Part shown: piece by piece, positions 41,748-51,432 of the stretch | Layout: each line of letters starts with the position of its first letter | Numbering within the stretch: the first letter of the stretch is position 1 | Source: Gammaproteobacteria bacterium | Lineage (GTDB): Bacteria > Pseudomonadota > Gammaproteobacteria > Eutrophobiales > Eutrophobiaceae | DNA: 64,000 nucleotides | Direction: 5' to 3' | NCBI GenBank assembly: GCA_965238225.1 | Contig: OZ250183.1 | Coordinates: forward strand, 416,001-480,000 | Translations under genes and position numbers: made by a program | Notes under the pieces: generated by a model | Seen by the model: only the letters and a program-made list of their open reading frames with translations | The model's database searches: none | Told to the model about the DNA's origin: nothing

Positions 41748-42514
41748 AAAACACAGCAGTGTAATTCAAATTTCACAGCATTTTTAGTTTGAATAGGTTT
41801 GCAGGAGGCTGAGATTTGTTCCATAAATCGTATTGTCAAGCGATGCTTCCCTCCACTTATCTCAGGGAAATAGTTACAGTCCTCAGGCAGAAAAACACGA
41901 ATTAATTGGCAGGCTATTTTAGATGCAATTGGTTGTTGGTAAAATCCTGATTCGGTATTTTTAGTAACAGGTGCTGCGCTATTTCTCAGTATAAACAAGG
42001 CAATATCCAAGGATTCCTGTATCACTGAAAGATCTTGTTTCCATCTGTTTAGATCATCATGTCTGGATTGTATGGGTTTGTGCAGCCAATGATGAAAAGC
42101 AGGGAGATCAAAATTACAGGCGCCTCCAAGAATAGCAATCCTTTGTTTAACAGACATTGTTAATTCATCATTTTTCAAATTTTTACCTAGTTGAAATTTA
42201 TTATCTCTTAACGTACTTGTGAAATCATTAATTTTTTTTAAAATATCTTTTAGCCGTTGATGATCTACATTTGGATTATTTTTTAGCACATCTAAAGTTA
42301 TTTTATATTTCCCCAGTTCTTTGATTAAATCATTTTTTAAATCAGAGCGAGTTGTTAGATCAATAATCTCCAGAAAACACGAGACAGCTATCCTACTATC
42401 CCATTGACTATCCCGTAGTCCATGATAATCCACAGTATTAAACAGATGCTCTAGACGTAGAAAACCACGCACACATTCATTTAATGGCTGCTCATATATG
42501 ACTTTTTTTTCCAA
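41744..42514 (-). CDS. zapD: cell division protein ZapD
   Basis: YEQPLNE...FLRLE, GGACNFDLP, FPEISGGKHR; TTG 42514 preferred because the track start overlaps coaE. Confidence 0.92.
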   Translation of the reverse strand: MEKKVIYEQPLNECVRGFLRLEHLFNTVDYHGLRDSQWDSRIAVSCFLEIIDLTTRSDLKNDLIKELGKYKITLDVLKNNPNVDHQRLKDILKKINDFTSTLRDNKFQLGKNLKNDELTMSVKQRIAILGGACNFDLPAFHHWLHKPIQSRHDDLNRWKQDLSVIQESLDIALFILRNSAAPVTKNTESGFYQQPIASKIACQLIRVFLPEDCNYFPEISGGKHRLTIRFMEQISASCKPIQTKNAVKFELHCCVL

Positions 42515-42587
42515 GTAGATAACCAGCTCTAGATAGATATGATCGCTGATTGTCCTGCACTTGCGCGATGCAAGCAACAAGTCTTGG

Positions 42588-43178
42588 TTAAATACCTGAA
42601 TAAAATTTGTGCAGATCGCAGATTTTCTTGCGTAGATCATCGATATCACCTTTATTATCAATAATATCATGAGCAGCGAAGAGCCTCTCTTTTCGAGATA
42701 TTTGAGCATCAATAATCATATTAATCTCGTTTTTATTTATATTATCTCTATTTGATGCGCGCTCTAACTGCAGCGCTTTTGGGACATCGATAACCAAGAT
42801 TCTGTCGACAATTTTGGATGCATTAGTCTCTAGCAGTAGAGGAATGGAAATGATGCAGTATTTAAAATTTATATTTTTAATTTGAATAGAGATTTCTTTG
42901 TATATGGCTGGATGTAAAATATCTTCTAGATTTTTACGAGCAGTTTCATTTGTAAATATTTCATCGCACATTATTTTTCTATCAAGAGCACCATTGCTCG
43001 AGATCATATTCTTACCAAATATCCTGATTATTTCTTTCAATGCTGGCATTCCCGGTTTCACTAGATTATGAGCTATGATGTCTGCATCAATAACAGGGAC
43101 TCCGAGTTCAGAAAATTTTTCACAGGCAGATGACTTTCCACTACCAATGCCGCCAGTTAAACCAATCTTTAAAATCAT
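42588..43178 (-). CDS. coaE: dephospho-CoA kinase
   Basis: IGLTGGIGSGKS, IDAD, LHPAI, IPLLLE. Confidence 0.96.
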   Translation of the reverse strand: MILKIGLTGGIGSGKSSACEKFSELGVPVIDADIIAHNLVKPGMPALKEIIRIFGKNMISSNGALDRKIMCDEIFTNETARKNLEDILHPAIYKEISIQIKNINFKYCIISIPLLLETNASKIVDRILVIDVPKALQLERASNRDNINKNEINMIIDAQISRKERLFAAHDIIDNKGDIDDLRKKICDLHKFYSGI

Positions 43179-43190
43179 GGTTTTATCAGG

Positions 43191-44054
43191 TTAGAATCTA
43201 TTCAAATAGAACCCAGTTAGCTCCTTGCCCCAGATCAAAGCGATCCATCCTGCGCCAGCAAGATAGATCCCAAAAGGGAAAACAGCAGTTTTGTCTCGTA
43301 CTTTAAATATGATCATCACGAGACCAATGGCTGATGCTGCAATTGAAGATAATAAAATAATTAGTAGTAAATATTGCCAACCAAGCCAAGCGCCTAAAAG
43401 TGCCAAAAATTTAAAATCACCATAACCCATTCCTTCTTTGCCAGTGACTGCTTTGAAGCTCATAAATATAATCCATAGAGCTCCGTAGCCAAACATAGCA
43501 CCAATAAGGCTAGAATAAATATCTGTAAAAATACCAAAAATACTACAGGCCAGACCTAACCACATAAATGGGAGGGTTATACCATCTGGCAGTAGGTAAT
43601 GTTTCAGATCGATCATGCTTAGGCAGATTAGCGCCCATGCAAAGAATATTGCAAATAAAGTTTGCAGGCTAAAGCCAAAATGCCATGCAGTGTAGGCGCT
43701 TATCAAGCCTGTAAACATTTCAATAATGGGGTATTGAAGAGAGATTTTTATTTTACATGAGCTACAACGACCATTAAGCAGGAGATAGCTGATGACAGGT
43801 ATATTTTCTAAGACGGTTATTTTATGCTGACAGGATGGGCAATGTGATCTAGGATAAATTAAATTTATTTTCTGTTGCGTAGAATCATTTTCCATATCCA
43901 TCAATTCGCAACATTGTTCATGCCAATCCCGTTGCATCATTTTTGGGAGTCTATAGATGACCACATTCAGGAAACTCCCGATACACATACCGAGCATTGT
44001 CATTGAGAAGATAAAAAAAACTGGCTGTTCTTGCAGAAAGGATATGGTAGAAAT
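43191..44054 (-). CDS. pilD: type IV prepilin peptidase/N-methyltransferase (probable ATT start at 44054; first ATG at 44003)
   Basis: GSFLNVVIYRLP, SHCPSC, GRCSSC, ID..LLPD, KEGMGYGDFK. Confidence 0.95.
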   Translation of the reverse strand: MSTISFLQEQPVFFIFSMTMLGMCIGSFLNVVIYRLPKMMQRDWHEQCCELMDMENDSTQQKINLIYPRSHCPSCQHKITVLENIPVISYLLLNGRCSSCKIKISLQYPIIEMFTGLISAYTAWHFGFSLQTLFAIFFAWALICLSMIDLKHYLLPDGITLPFMWLGLACSIFGIFTDIYSSLIGAMFGYGALWIIFMSFKAVTGKEGMGYGDFKFLALLGAWLGWQYLLLIILLSSIAASAIGLVMIIFKVRDKTAVFPFGIYLAGAGWIALIWGKELTGFYLNRF

Positions 44055-44151
44055 TGCTATGCCTCCCGAGCGCTACTGAAGCTATAGGTCATGTTGTATG
44101 AATGGAGTTATTTTGAACAGGGCGATTTAGTAATTTTTGTGGTGTCTTACC

Positions 44152-45381
44152 TTATCCGCCAACTGACTGACCCATCTTGAATATAGGCAGATACATGCCA
44201 ATAACGATGCCACCAATCACAACACCAAGAAATGCCATAATGGCTGGCTCTAATAAGCTGGTTAACGCTTCTACCGCATCATCAACTTCCTGTTCATACC
44301 AGTCTGCGACTTTTCCGAGCATGATATCAATTGAACCTGATTCTTCACCAATGGCGACCATCTGTACCACCATATTTGGAAATAGTCCTGTGTCACGCAT
44401 GCTTGCTTGAAGTTGTGTGCCAGTGGAAATCTCGTCTCTTATTTTTAGACATGCATTATAAAAAACAATATTACCGCAGGCACCAGCAACCGATACCATA
44501 GCTTCAACTAAAGGGGTGCCAGCGGCAAACATAGTTTCTAATGTGCGAGCAAAACGGGCTATAGCTGCTTTCTCCAAGACAACCCCAATGATTGGTAGCT
44601 TAAGCATTGCTATTTCTATCGTGTTGGCGAAAGCCTTTGACGTTTCACGTAGTTTTTTTATTCCAAAAAATGCAGCAGCTAAAACGATAGCCATTATCCA
44701 CCACCATTGAACGAAAACATCAGACGTATTGACAAGAAATTGTGTCAATGCAGGCAGGTCTGCGCCAAAGCCTTCAAATAATGCTTGGAACTGCGGTATG
44801 ACAAATATCATCAAAATAGCAACAACGATACCCGCCACAACGATCACAGCAGCTGGATAGAACAATGCAGCTTTTATCTTTGATTTTAGTGCCTCGGTTT
44901 TTTCCAAGTATGTTGCAAGTTTATGTAAAATGGCTTCTAAAATACCTGCATGTTCCCCAGCTTCAACGAGATTACAATAAAGCTCACTGAACTGCCGGGG
45001 GTTTTTCTTCATTGCATCTGCCAAGTTAGTCCCTGATCCCACATCATTTTTAATACTTATAAGCAGATCCTGCATGCCAACATTTTCATGACCCCTGCCA
45101 ACAATTTCAAAGGCTTGAACCAATGGTACACCAGCGGACATCATGGTAGCTAATTGGCGGCTAAATACAGTGATGTCCTTGGGTGTTATTTTTGCACCCC
45201 CGCCCCCCAAAAGTGGCTTGGACTTTTTCTTTAATTTCAAAGGACTTATCCCTTGGCGGCGAAGCTGCGCCCTGATGAGAGCAGCAGTTCGCCCACTTTG
45301 CTCCCCTTTAATAATTTTCCCTTGCGTATCTTTGCCTTCCCATAGCCATATTTGTGCTACCTCTTTTTTTTCTGTTGCCAT
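44152..45381 (-). CDS. pilC: type IV pilus platform protein PilC
   Basis: FSRQLATMMSAGVPL, AGEHAG, IGEESG, LEP, MYLPIF. Confidence 0.96.
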   Translation of the reverse strand: MATEKKEVAQIWLWEGKDTQGKIIKGEQSGRTAALIRAQLRRQGISPLKLKKKSKPLLGGGGAKITPKDITVFSRQLATMMSAGVPLVQAFEIVGRGHENVGMQDLLISIKNDVGSGTNLADAMKKNPRQFSELYCNLVEAGEHAGILEAILHKLATYLEKTEALKSKIKAALFYPAAVIVVAGIVVAILMIFVIPQFQALFEGFGADLPALTQFLVNTSDVFVQWWWIMAIVLAAAFFGIKKLRETSKAFANTIEIAMLKLPIIGVVLEKAAIARFARTLETMFAAGTPLVEAMVSVAGACGNIVFYNACLKIRDEISTGTQLQASMRDTGLFPNMVVQMVAIGEESGSIDIMLGKVADWYEQEVDDAVEALTSLLEPAIMAFLGVVIGGIVIGMYLPIFKMGQSVGG

Positions 45382-45399
45382 GATTTTCCTTTGGTTAAT

Positions 45400-47112
45400 T
45401 TATTCTGTAGTGACTCGGTTGACCTCGGTGAGGCTGGTAATACCCTGTTTTGCTTTTTCCAGACCAGATTTTCGGATATTCCAGATGCCTTCTTCTAAAG
45501 CCTGATCTGCCAGCTGTACTGCATTAGCACCTTCAATAATTAATCTTCTTATTGCATCCGAGATAGGCATGATCTGATATATACCTGCGCGACCTTTGTA
45601 ACCGCTGGGGCAATCACTATCACCATCACCTGCCTCGAATATTGTAATCCCGTTTTGTATTTCTTCTTCTGTATAACCTTCATCTAACAACACTTCATCA
45701 GGTAATTCCGCAGGCTTCTTGTAGTCTGGATGCAGCTTTCGTAACAGGCGTTGTGCGGTTATCAGGTTGATACTGGTAGCAACAGCAAAGGCCTGGATGC
45801 CCATATCCTGCAATCGTGTCAACGTTTGCGGCGCATCATTTGTATGCAATGTTGACATCACCATGTGCCCAGTCTGGGCAGCCTTGACTGCAATACTTGC
45901 CGTACCAAGATCGCGAATTTCGCCAACCAGAATAATATCTGGATCTTGTCTGAGGAAGGCTTTCAGAGCTTTGTCGAAGGTCATGCCTGTTTTTTCATCT
46001 ACCTGAACCTGATTGACGCCAGGCAGACTGATTTCGACAGGATCCTCTGCGGTAGAGATATTGATATCATCTTTGTTAAGGATATTGATGCCTGTATACA
46101 AAGACACGGTCTTGCCGCTACCTGTCGGGCCAGTCACTAGAAACATGCCATAGGGTTTATGTAAATTGCTCAGAAATGTATCTTTTTGATGATCCTCATA
46201 GCCTAACTGATCGATCTGCAGGGCAGCAGCATCTGAATCTAATATGCGCATAACTATCTTTTCGCCAAACAGCGTCGGGCAGGTGCTCACACGAAAATCG
46301 ATAGATTTACTCTTGGACAGTTTTAATTTGATACGTCCATCCTGTGGTACGCGTCGTTCGGAAACGTCAAGTCGAGACATAACTTTGATGCGTGCAGAGA
46401 CGTTCCTAGTTAGCGCTATAGGCGGTTTGGCAACTTCCTGTAATACACCGTCAATGCGAAAGCGCACACGATAGAATTTTTCATAGGGCTCAAAATGTAG
46501 ATCTGACCCACCTTTTTTGATGGCATCAAGCAAAACTTTATTCACAAATCGTACAACAGGGGCATTGTCAATATCGGCTTCATCTTCATCTTCACTTTCC
46601 TCTGCTACCTCCAGATTGTCTAAATCATCAAAGTCATCATCCATGTCACCTAGGCCGCCGTCTGCAGCCTCCAGTGCACTTTCAATGATATTGGTAAGCT
46701 TGCCTTCCTCGGCCATGATGGCCTCGATATTCATGCCAACAGCAAACTTGACTTCATCGAGCGCTGCCATATTAGTTGGGTCAGAAACTGCCAAAAACAG
46801 ACGTTTGCCACGCTTAAATAGTGGTAATAAACGATGTTTCCGAATAAGGTTTTCTTTGACCAACTTAATGATGTCAGGATTAATCTCGACACTCTCTATG
46901 TCAATGAGTGGAATGCCAAATTCTTGAGATGCAGCGAGGGCTATCTTGTCACCAGAGATAAGATTATTTTCAACCAAGTATGATACCAGCGGCATCTTCT
47001 TTTTAAGCGCTTCTTGGTGTGCTTTTTTGGCCGCTTCTTGCTTAAGCAAGCCATCAAGTACTAGCTTGCGTGCAAGACCGCTTAAATTAACATTTGCCAT
47101 TGTGACTGCCAT
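45400..47112 (-). CDS. pilB: type IVa pilus extension ATPase PilB
   Basis: APVVRFVN, SDLHFEP, RRVPQDGR, GPTGSGKT, LRQDPD, STLHTN, GYKGR. Confidence 0.96.
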   Translation of the reverse strand: MAVTMANVNLSGLARKLVLDGLLKQEAAKKAHQEALKKKMPLVSYLVENNLISGDKIALAASQEFGIPLIDIESVEINPDIIKLVKENLIRKHRLLPLFKRGKRLFLAVSDPTNMAALDEVKFAVGMNIEAIMAEEGKLTNIIESALEAADGGLGDMDDDFDDLDNLEVAEESEDEDEADIDNAPVVRFVNKVLLDAIKKGGSDLHFEPYEKFYRVRFRIDGVLQEVAKPPIALTRNVSARIKVMSRLDVSERRVPQDGRIKLKLSKSKSIDFRVSTCPTLFGEKIVMRILDSDAAALQIDQLGYEDHQKDTFLSNLHKPYGMFLVTGPTGSGKTVSLYTGINILNKDDINISTAEDPVEISLPGVNQVQVDEKTGMTFDKALKAFLRQDPDIILVGEIRDLGTASIAVKAAQTGHMVMSTLHTNDAPQTLTRLQDMGIQAFAVATSINLITAQRLLRKLHPDYKKPAELPDEVLLDEGYTEEEIQNGITIFEAGDGDSDCPSGYKGRAGIYQIMPISDAIRRLIIEGANAVQLADQALEEGIWNIRKSGLEKAKQGITSLTEVNRVTTE

Positions 47113-47262
47113 ATTCTATATTATCAGCCTAATTCAAAGGAATGACACCTAAATATTGGATTATTATAGAGAAAATAAGCAAAAATTCTAGCAATCTTTC
47201 TCTATAAACGTTACTGATTATTCAATAGTGAACTCTAGGAAATTCCAGAAGAGAGGACTCTA

Positions 47263-47293
47263 TGAAAAGCCTGCTGCAATTAGATTTGCAGCA
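47263..47293 (-). terminator. candidate intrinsic terminator downstream of rluD
   Basis: TGCTGCAA/TTGCAGCA 8-bp stem (47272-47293) followed on the minus strand by GGCTTTTCA. Confidence 0.45.
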
Positions 47294-47359
47294 CCCAATA
47301 TTTATTTTGTTGCGCCGCATCAAACTGTGGTATCACATAATAAATAGTAATCTTAAGGT

Positions 47360-48322
47360 TCATATATCTTGCTGTTTTGCATCTAACTCAAGTGCATTGA
47401 TAAGCTCTGCCATATCTTCAGGGACAGGTGCTTCCCATTGCATCATTGCATCATTTTGTGGATGCGCAAGTTTGATGGTGCATGCATGCAGGGCTTGCCT
47501 TGGAAAGGCAGTAATGATACTGGCAAGTTTTGAATCCATACCTTTTAGCAATTGTTTGTTGGCACTATACACAGGATCGCCAATAATAGGATAGCGTAAC
47601 CATGCCATGTGTACGCGAATCTGATGCGTCCTGCCAGTCTTTAGTTTGACTTTTAACTGTGTGTGATATCTGTATTTTTTTACAATCCGGTAGTGTGTCG
47701 TTGCTGTTTGACCAGTTTTTATAACCGCCATCTTGGTGCGTTGTTTTGGGTGTCTGTCTATGGGCTGGTCTATAACGCCCCCTGTTGTTATGACACCACT
47801 TACAATCGTTATATATTCTCGGTGCATACTACGTACTTGTAGCTGCTTTACCAAAGTGGTATGACTTTGTGGCGTGCGTGCAATGACCAGCAAACCGGAG
47901 GTATCTTTATCAAGTCGGTGAACGATTCCTGCACGGGGCACTTGTTCAAGTTCTTCGCTATGGTGTAACAAGGCATTCATCAGTGTGTGTTGTGGGTTAC
48001 CTGCACCTGGATGGACTACCAAGCCTGCAGGTTTGTTAATGATGATTAGGTGTTCATCTTCAAAGACAATTTCCAGAGGTATATTTTCCGGTGAGGCTGA
48101 AATCTGAACCTCTGTTTCTGCGCGTATATCGACCCGTTCGCCTCCTTGAACCTTGTCACGTGGACGCATTGTTTTTTTGTCAATCAGTGCATAACCATTA
48201 CGTATCCAGCCTTGCAGCCTGGCACGGGAATGTTCAGGCAGAAGTGCCGCTAATGCCTGGTCAAGGCGTTTGCCCGACATCTCACTAGGGATGACAGTGT
48301 TAATTTTTATATGTTCATTCAT
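47360..48322 (-). CDS. rluD: 23S rRNA pseudouridine synthase RluD
   Basis: S4 domain RLDQAL, NKPAGLVVHPGAG, GIVHRLDKDTSGL, TGRTHQIRVH, RQALHA; divergent from bamD. Confidence 0.96.
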   Translation of the reverse strand: MNEHIKINTVIPSEMSGKRLDQALAALLPEHSRARLQGWIRNGYALIDKKTMRPRDKVQGGERVDIRAETEVQISASPENIPLEIVFEDEHLIIINKPAGLVVHPGAGNPQHTLMNALLHHSEELEQVPRAGIVHRLDKDTSGLLVIARTPQSHTTLVKQLQVRSMHREYITIVSGVITTGGVIDQPIDRHPKQRTKMAVIKTGQTATTHYRIVKKYRYHTQLKVKLKTGRTHQIRVHMAWLRYPIIGDPVYSANKQLLKGMDSKLASIITAFPRQALHACTIKLAHPQNDAMMQWEAPVPEDMAELINALELDAKQQDI

Positions 48323-48454
48323 AAGTATGTTGGGCAATGACTCGGCGCTCAAGATACACTAATGTGTGTATTTTGCACGCGCCATTTCAGGCTCGATGAG
48401 CATCCTTAAATGTGAAACCTGTAACGGGTAAATATTATTACTCCATAGTTCTGG

Positions 48455-48486
48455 CAAAATAAAATATTTACAAATATTTTATTTTG
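48455..48486. repeat. perfect 15-bp inverted repeat with 2-nt spacer
   Basis: CAAAATAAAATATTT-AC-AAATATTTTATTTTG. Confidence 0.85.
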
Positions 48487-48590
48487 ATAATGTTGCCCGT
48501 AGCACATTTCCCCCACATCTTTTCCTTGTAATATATTTGTGTTGGATATTTTTTGCTCTGGCTAACAGATTAAGATAGTCTTTGCTGTCT

Positions 48591-49367
48591 ATGAATAGAA
48601 TTATTATACCGTTCTTCATTATTATGCTTTCTGGCTGCTCCTATTTTCAAGATAAAGATAAAGGAGCCGATCAGAAAAATTGGTCTGCAGAAAGGTTATA
48701 CGCAGAAGCGCGCGGGACACTTGATTCTGGTAGTTATAGCAAAGCAGTTAAATTGTATGAAATACTGGAAGCCAAATTCCCATTTGGGACTTATGGACAA
48801 CAAGCGATTCTGGATTTAGCTTATGCTTATTACAAGAATAATGAACCCGACGCAGCAATATCGACCGTGCAGCGGTTTATCAAACTTTACCCGCAAAATT
48901 CTCATGTTGATTATGCCTATTACCTAAAGGCATTGGTGAATTTTCAACGCGGTAAAGGTCTTGTTGAAAGGATTCTGCCGATTGATGAATCACGGAGAGA
49001 TACTACTTCTGCCTTACAGGCATTTCAGGATTTTTCCGAATTAGTCAAGCGTTATCCGGACAGTCAATATGCTGAAGATTCCAAGCTTAGGATGACGCAT
49101 CTTAGAAATATTATGGCGCAACATGAGGTTCATGTCGCACAATATTATATGCGTCGAGGTGCATTTATCGCTGCGGCTAACCGGGCTCAATATGTGGTTG
49201 AGAAGTATGCACGTACACCTTCAATGCCCGACGCATTGGTAATAATGGCGAAGGCGTATAAGATAATGGAGCTGAGTGAATTATCTGCCGATGCAGTGCG
49301 TGTACTTGAATTAAATTATCCGAACCACTCTGGGATTCATGAAGTAAGGGCACTATTTCTTCAATAA
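48591..49367 (+). CDS. bamD: outer membrane assembly lipoprotein BamD (ComL)
   Basis: Lipobox LSGC, FPFGTY, RFIKLYP, DYAYYLKAL, YYMRRGAFIAAANRA. Confidence 0.95.
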   Translation: MNRIIIPFFIIMLSGCSYFQDKDKGADQKNWSAERLYAEARGTLDSGSYSKAVKLYEILEAKFPFGTYGQQAILDLAYAYYKNNEPDAAISTVQRFIKLYPQNSHVDYAYYLKALVNFQRGKGLVERILPIDESRRDTTSALQAFQDFSELVKRYPDSQYAEDSKLRMTHLRNIMAQHEVHVAQYYMRRGAFIAAANRAQYVVEKYARTPSMPDALVIMAKAYKIMELSELSADAVRVLELNYPNHSGIHEVRALFLQ

Positions 49368-49460
49368 GTTATTGTCTGTCAAAAAGACAGAGGAAATTTT
49401 TTGTTTCTGAATATAAAGTTAAGATTGTTTTTTTGTTTTTTTCTATTTTTTTTGAGTCTT

Positions 49461-51095
49461 TTAATATTCTTTGTAAGCAGAAGTGATAGGGTATCTTCTG
49501 TCTAGACCAAATGCACGTTTGCTAACCCTTACCCCTGGTGCAGCCTGGCGACGCTTATATTCATTCTTATCGACCAGTGAAATAACATGTTTTACGATTT
49601 TAGCATCAAATCCTGACTCGATAATTTCAGCAGGACTCTGGTAAAGTTCGATATATTTTTCCAGTATAGGATCAAGGATTGCATAGGGTGGTAGAGAATC
49701 TTCGTCTTTTTGATCCTCTTTGAGTTCTGCACTGGGGGGGCGGCAAATAACACGTTGAGGAATAATCTGTTGTTTCTCATTTCTCCATTTTGCCAATTCA
49801 AAAACCATCATTTTGGGGATGTCTTTTAAAGGGGCAAAGCCGCCTGCCATGTCTCCATAGAGCGTCGCATAGCCAACTGACATTTCACTTTTATTACCTG
49901 TCGTAAGTACCAGCCTCCCAGATTTGTTAGAAATTGCCATGAGTAATATACTGCGGCAACGTGCCTGTATATTTTCTTCGCTTGTATCGACAGGACTGTT
50001 TGCGAAACGTTCACCAAGGAGGTCGTTAAATATAGAAAATGCATCATTGATGGGGATAATATTAAATTTTACGCCAAGTTTTTCAGCCTGTAATTTTGCA
50101 TCTTCATTGCTCATAGATGCTGTGTATTGTGAAGGCATGATTAACACTTCGACATTCTCAGCACCCAGCGCATCGACTGCGATGGTGAGAGTTAATGCTG
50201 AATCAATTCCGCCCGAAAGGCCAAGAATAGCGCCAGTGAAATTATTTTTCTGAACATAGTCTTTTACGCCTAGGACGAGCGCATTGTAGATACTTTCTTT
50301 CTCAGATAATGCAGGGTAATTGTAATCTTTTGTCACAGAAAATTTTTCATCATGTGTTTCTGAAAATCGAACCAAATAAATATCTTCTATAAACTGCGGT
50401 GCTCGGAAAATTATCTTTCCTTTGTTGTTGATCGCCATTGAACCACCATCAAAAATAAGTTCGTCTTGTCCGCCAATGAGGTTGGTATAAATTATATTTA
50501 TACCTAACTTTTGTGCACGAAATTTGAGCAATGTTTCTCTTATGGTCGCTTTTTCAAAATGGTATGGCGATGCATTTATATTGATTATTAGTTTTGCACC
50601 AGAATTTTTTGCTTTCTTAGATGGTAATTCTTCCCAGATATCTTCACAAATACTGAATGCTGTAGATATCCCATGAAGATCAAAAAGTACTGTTTCATTT
50701 CCAGAGTCAAAGTACCGTTTCTCATCAAAGACACCGTAGTTTGGCAATAATTGTTTATGATAGGTTTCTTTTATCTGGCCGTTTCTAAAAAGACTACAGC
50801 TATTGTATAGCTTGTCTCCCAATAACAATGGGTAGCCGATGATGGCATCAATCCCAGAAACTGTATCGCATATATATTTTAATGATTCTTTGATTTGTAC
50901 ATGTAGGGTAGGTCTGAGCAACAAATCTTCTGGCGGGTATGCAGTAATGGCAAGCTCGGGAAAAATTATAATATCAGCATGATAGATATCTCTTGCTTGA
51001 AGGATATTGTTGATGATGAGTTTTGTATTTTCTTTAATATCTCCTACACAAAGATTGATCTGTGCCAGCGCAATCTGAATGTCTTTTTTGGACAT
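49461..51095 (-). CDS. nadE: glutamine-dependent NAD+ synthetase
   Basis: Nitrilase domain (FPEL, LPNYGVFDEKRYF, ICEDIW) plus GLSGGIDS, TGNKSE, GYATLYGD, PPSAEL. Confidence 0.97.
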   Translation of the reverse strand: MSKKDIQIALAQINLCVGDIKENTKLIINNILQARDIYHADIIIFPELAITAYPPEDLLLRPTLHVQIKESLKYICDTVSGIDAIIGYPLLLGDKLYNSCSLFRNGQIKETYHKQLLPNYGVFDEKRYFDSGNETVLFDLHGISTAFSICEDIWEELPSKKAKNSGAKLIININASPYHFEKATIRETLLKFRAQKLGINIIYTNLIGGQDELIFDGGSMAINNKGKIIFRAPQFIEDIYLVRFSETHDEKFSVTKDYNYPALSEKESIYNALVLGVKDYVQKNNFTGAILGLSGGIDSALTLTIAVDALGAENVEVLIMPSQYTASMSNEDAKLQAEKLGVKFNIIPINDAFSIFNDLLGERFANSPVDTSEENIQARCRSILLMAISNKSGRLVLTTGNKSEMSVGYATLYGDMAGGFAPLKDIPKMMVFELAKWRNEKQQIIPQRVICRPPSAELKEDQKDEDSLPPYAILDPILEKYIELYQSPAEIIESGFDAKIVKHVISLVDKNEYKRRQAAPGVRVSKRAFGLDRRYPITSAYKEY

Positions 51096-51432
51096 AAACT
51101 TAAGAACCCGTCTTTTACCTTAATGCTCTATCTATTAATGGATATGGTACACAATTCTATTAAAAATAATACCAATATGAAGATGGCTTAATGAGCAAAG
51201 TGTTTTACACAAAATGAAAAATCTTGTGATAGCAAGTGCGATATAGGGAAATCTTCTCAAGATTAAGTTCTGTTTAAATATTTTTTATGAGAAATGGATG
51301 TATCAATTTTCCTGTTGCATATTTCATTGATCACAAGATAGCGTGAGCAAAACCCTTTAGTAACATTTGTTTAAATAAATACTATTAACCCGAAGGCTAT
51401 ATCGAACATAGACAATGCGCTTATGAGTCGAT

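Noticed and set aside
42515-42712. 65-aa N-terminal extension of ZapD given by the ORF track
   Set aside because: It overlaps coaE in another frame; homology starts at the TTG at 42514.
47262-47594. 110-aa plus-strand ORF where a divergent pilA might be expected
   Set aside because: It has no prepilin motif and is mostly antisense to rluD.
50979-51191. 70-aa plus-strand ORF overlapping the nadE start
   Set aside because: It overlaps nadE antisense, has low-complexity AT-rich composition, and shows no motif.
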